From IMG/VR virus record IMGVR_UViG_3300028887_000070, positions 128,001 to 192,000 of that record: DNA of 64,000 nt, one strand, 5' to 3'. The stretch comes from a virus. Taxonomy: Duplodnaviria; Caudoviricetes. Each line of letters begins with the position of its first letter. Within the stretch, counting starts at the first letter, position 1. Position numbers and translations under genes: made by a program. Positions 60,853-64,000 of this stretch are shown piece by piece. The notes below the pieces were generated by a model that saw nothing but the letters and a program-made list of their open reading frames with translations, made no database searches and had not been told where the DNA came from.

Positions 60853-60872
60853 TATTAGAAAGGAGGACACTT

Positions 60873-63800
60873 ATGTCAGTTAAAATACCAGTACAGAACA
60901 CTACTGACAAGATTCTTAACTCAGACATCTATGATCTTACAGCGTTCGTAGATGACATTAAGAAGACAGTCATTGATGGTGTCGATAATCCAACCGAAAC
61001 TCTACAGGTTGGTATGTACGGATATCTTGGATACGAGTTTGCATCTCTGCTTCAGAACTCTATAGTCGTAGCATCTGAGCTGGCAAACGAAGCTATCCCT
61101 ACAAGAGCTAAGTTTGATAGAAACGTTATCACACATGCTTTATCTCTTGGCATCAAGAAGGTACAAGCTACAGCGGCTTCTATGAAAGTACTGCTCATCT
61201 TCCCAGAAAAAGCTCTTCTCAACAATATGGTCAACGACAAGTTTGTTCTGAAAGCTTCTACTCCGATATACTTTGACGATATCGAGTTCCATACAGACTA
61301 TGATATTGTCATCAACAAGACTAAGCTTGACTCATCTACTATGGGTAGCAGGACTATGGACTACGTCTATACTGCTGTCTATGATATGAGTATCATGAAC
61401 ACCGAGTCTCCTATAGATAATGCATATCTCCCTCCGATAGGAGTCTATGCAGATGAGACAGACAATATGATAGTGGTAACAACCACTATCCATCAGGTTG
61501 AGTATCATACTATAGAGAACAAGATAGTCGGCAATGACAACCTTGCTAACAAGACTCTTAACTTCACATTCGAGAATCAGCTTAGCCACTTCACTGTCAC
61601 TGTATTCGAGAACAACAATGATACTCCTATCAATCTTGTTCCATACTATGACGGTCTCTACCATAACCCTTATACTACAAGAAACTATGATGAGTCTAGA
61701 GCTCTTCTGAATGATCTCATTGTGCAGAGTCACACAGGAGTTACTGGAACTACAGCAGTTCAAGAAGAGAAGTACTGTTACTATCAGTACATCAACTCTA
61801 ATACTATCCGTATAAGATTCGATCCTGAGTCTTATCAGCCTAGAACGAATGCTAATGTAGTTATCACTGTATGGACTTCTCAGGGCGCTGGAGGAAACTT
61901 CAACTATGAGGATGACATCACTGTTCGTCTCTCTTCAGATAACTATACTAATCTCTACATGACAGTTAAGCAGCGTGGAGATGAAGGTTCTTATGGTGGT
62001 ATTGATCGTAAGAGTGTACCAGAACTTCAGAAGATCATTCCTAAGGAAGCTCTTAGTAGAGGTAGTGTAACAACAGTTACAGACCTGAAGAACTACTTCA
62101 ACTCTATCAACAGTGAAGACTCAGTTCTCCATATCTTCAGAAAGGAAGACAATACACTCAGACGTATCTACTACACATATCAGTTGATGAAGGATGAGTT
62201 GAACAATGTCATCCCTACAAACACTATACCTATATATGAGCCACTTCCTCCGATGCATACTGACGAGACAGTTGGTGATATGTATGTAGAAGCTGGTGAT
62301 CCTATATACTTCTACAAGAATCAGCATATGGCTATCCCTTACATGAGGAAGAACTTCATTGGCTATACTGGTTCCGAAGACGCAGTAGATGTAACCAATG
62401 TACAAGTAGTAGGACGACTCAGAGAAGAGAATACTCCTAGCGAATGGGAAAGAGACATCGATGGATATAGCAATGGTATCAGAGCAACAGCTATAAATGA
62501 ATTCAGAATGAACAGTGCTGTCTTCGATAACAACTTCACTAAGTTCGTTAAAGATCAGCTTAGCATATACTATCCAGATGTGTATCCTTTTGAACCAGGT
62601 CAAGTCGTAAAGTTCTCTGTATCTAGTATATATGGAGCACCAGATCACTTCCACAACATGGGTGGAACTTATGAAGGTAGCGTAGTATCATACGGATACT
62701 ATGGCGACACTGCAGGTGAAGACAATACGAGTTACTTACCTTCTGATTGGACAGATTCATCCCAGTATGCTTACCTTAAGCTCGTAGTATGCGCTAAGAA
62801 TGACTTGGATGAGTTGGAAGACGTTACTTTCATCATTCCTTATTCAAGGACTTGGACGTATCCAATAGTCAGAACAGCAACGTTTGTCATTGAAGCTTAC
62901 GAAACATACACATACAATGCTCGTTATAGTCCTATGTATACTCAGGATCTCACCCAGGGTAGTCATATAAAGTTCTGTGTCTACAATGGAAACAATGTAT
63001 ATGACTCTCTTGCTGATGAATCATGCTGGTATGTCGGAGAAGTAGTAGGTGTATCAAGATCTTATACCAATGGCTCTGGTAGTATCTCTAGTGTTACTAT
63101 GCTTTATCTGAAGCCTATGGATGACATAGAAGAGACTAACCTTAGCTTCATGCAACACACATTCAACTTCCCACCTCCTTCAGCAGGACAGTCTCATGGC
63201 AGAGCTCTCGATACAAATGATATTATAGCTATACAGCCTCTTACAGACTTCGTGTACACATCACCTCTGAACATTCTTCTCAGAGATAGTGCTGTTGCTG
63301 GATCACATAGAGTAGATGCTTCATTCTATCTCGATATGATCAATGAGACTCGTTATCTTGACTACACACATATCAATACACGTTCGCCATTCCAGTACAT
63401 TTCATCATACACTAAGGTTATAAGACCATCATGGATCTCTTATGATCGTTATAGATACACTATCGATGTAGACGTTACTCCGAATATTGGCGGAGAAATC
63501 ACTGATGAAATCAAGAAGCGTACTCAGATAGTTGCTGTGTACTACAGAGACAATGATATGAAGAATCCTATCTGTTGGTCAGTAGGTGAACTCGTAGCTT
63601 CAAGTGGATCTGTAGATACATACAGATTCTATCTCTATACAAAGCCATTCAAGGAGAGAACTAGTGAGACTGATCACATAGTAATCGATCAGAATGATCG
63701 TCTTTATGTAGGAGAACAGAATCCTTACTTAGCTCCTCTCACTGCAAAGAAAGATGAGATACAGGCTGATTATGATGCTGAACCTGCAGGAACTCCTAGA

Positions 63801-64000
63801 AAGGAAGAGCTTGCTAGAGATCTTGCGCAAGCGACTCTGGAACTCCACAGATGCACTAACTTCGGATATAGACCTCATACAGATGATCCTATAGATGATC
63901 TTGGTATTCGAATGGATCTCAATACTCATATGAGAATCTATACTCTCTATAAGTATTCTGGTTATACTCCTCACGATGGTAATCCTGGTAAACTGATGGA
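60873..64000 (+). CDS. Baseplate wedge protein (T4 gp6-like); 3'-truncated by the window
   Basis: Absent from the track, presumably because it runs off the window end (I did not check every codon); AAGGAGG RBS; MSVKIPV...NEAIPTRAKFDRNVITHA...TSQGAGGNF...GGID...ELQK.IP. Confidence 0.75.
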   Translation, partial: MSVKIPVQNTTDKILNSDIYDLTAFVDDIKKTVIDGVDNPTETLQVGMYGYLGYEFASLLQNSIVVASELANEAIPTRAKFDRNVITHALSLGIKKVQATAASMKVLLIFPEKALLNNMVNDKFVLKASTPIYFDDIEFHTDYDIVINKTKLDSSTMGSRTMDYVYTAVYDMSIMNTESPIDNAYLPPIGVYADETDNMIVVTTTIHQVEYHTIENKIVGNDNLANKTLNFTFENQLSHFTVTVFENNNDTPINLVPYYDGLYHNPYTTRNYDESRALLNDLIVQSHTGVTGTTAVQEEKYCYYQYINSNTIRIRFDPESYQPRTNANVVITVWTSQGAGGNFNYEDDITVRLSSDNYTNLYMTVKQRGDEGSYGGIDRKSVPELQKIIPKEALSRGSVTTVTDLKNYFNSINSEDSVLHIFRKEDNTLRRIYYTYQLMKDELNNVIPTNTIPIYEPLPPMHTDETVGDMYVEAGDPIYFYKNQHMAIPYMRKNFIGYTGSEDAVDVTNVQVVGRLREENTPSEWERDIDGYSNGIRATAINEFRMNSAVFDNNFTKFVKDQLSIYYPDVYPFEPGQVVKFSVSSIYGAPDHFHNMGGTYEGSVVSYGYYGDTAGEDNTSYLPSDWTDSSQYAYLKLVVCAKNDLDELEDVTFIIPYSRTWTYPIVRTATFVIEAYETYTYNARYSPMYTQDLTQGSHIKFCVYNGNNVYDSLADESCWYVGEVVGVSRSYTNGSGSISSVTMLYLKPMDDIEETNLSFMQHTFNFPPPSAGQSHGRALDTNDIIAIQPLTDFVYTSPLNILLRDSAVAGSHRVDASFYLDMINETRYLDYTHINTRSPFQYISSYTKVIRPSWISYDRYRYTIDVDVTPNIGGEITDEIKKRTQIVAVYYRDNDMKNPICWSVGELVASSGSVDTYRFYLYTKPFKERTSETDHIVIDQNDRLYVGEQNPYLAPLTAKKDEIQADYDAEPAGTPRKEELARDLAQATLELHRCTNFGYRPHTDDPIDDLGIRMDLNTHMRIYTLYKYSGYTPHDGNPGKLM

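Noticed and set aside
529-63974. Numerous antisense or alternate-frame ORFs nested in long genes
   Set aside because: Shadows of biased codon usage; no RBS or recognisable motifs
1-64000. Stop-codon recoding, introns or inteins in core genes
   Set aside because: Genes are intact in the standard code with dense packing, TAG ends dcd, and no intein or homing-endonuclease motifs were seen. The split RNAP genes are the normal jumbo-phage arrangement.
1-64000. Chimallin, major capsid protein or RNAP beta-prime catalytic subunit
   Set aside because: No DxDGD motif or recognisable shell/capsid sequence was seen in this window, so nucleus formation cannot be claimed from it

Overview
This 64-kb window looks like part of a phiKZ/AR9(PBS1)-related jumbo myophage genome, probably from a Firmicute host (strong AAGGAGG ribosome-binding sites). 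All family calls come from motif recognition by eye; no database searches were run. It encodes two split multisubunit RNA polymerase beta subunits: a non-virion one (13789-15594 and 7313-9544) and a virion one (25215-30530 and <1-672). It also encodes a PhuZ/TubZ-type tubulin, a RecA/UvsX recombinase, an NAD-dependent DNA ligase, SbcC/Rad50, dCTP deaminase, ThyX, a dNMP kinase, a PC4-like ssDNA-binding protein, a holin, tRNA-Gln(UUG), a paralogous head-protein array and baseplate genes. Two promoter classes can be read from the sequence: early YRYATAYWAT-like boxes and late AACA-N6-TA motifs of the AR9 type. The most striking observation is a ~145-bp cassette present in three dispersed copies. 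It consists of a promoter, a covarying structured 5' leader RNA and an RBS. One copy drives a DUF1874/AcrIII-1-type ring nuclease (anti-CRISPR) and the other two drive unknown orphan genes, suggesting an RNA-controlled anti-defence regulon. Other highlights are a tandem QxxLF clamp-motif-like tail on the non-virion RNAP, a virion-type polyprotein of enzyme modules (papain-like, GNAT, kinase), and two candidate structured ncRNA loci.
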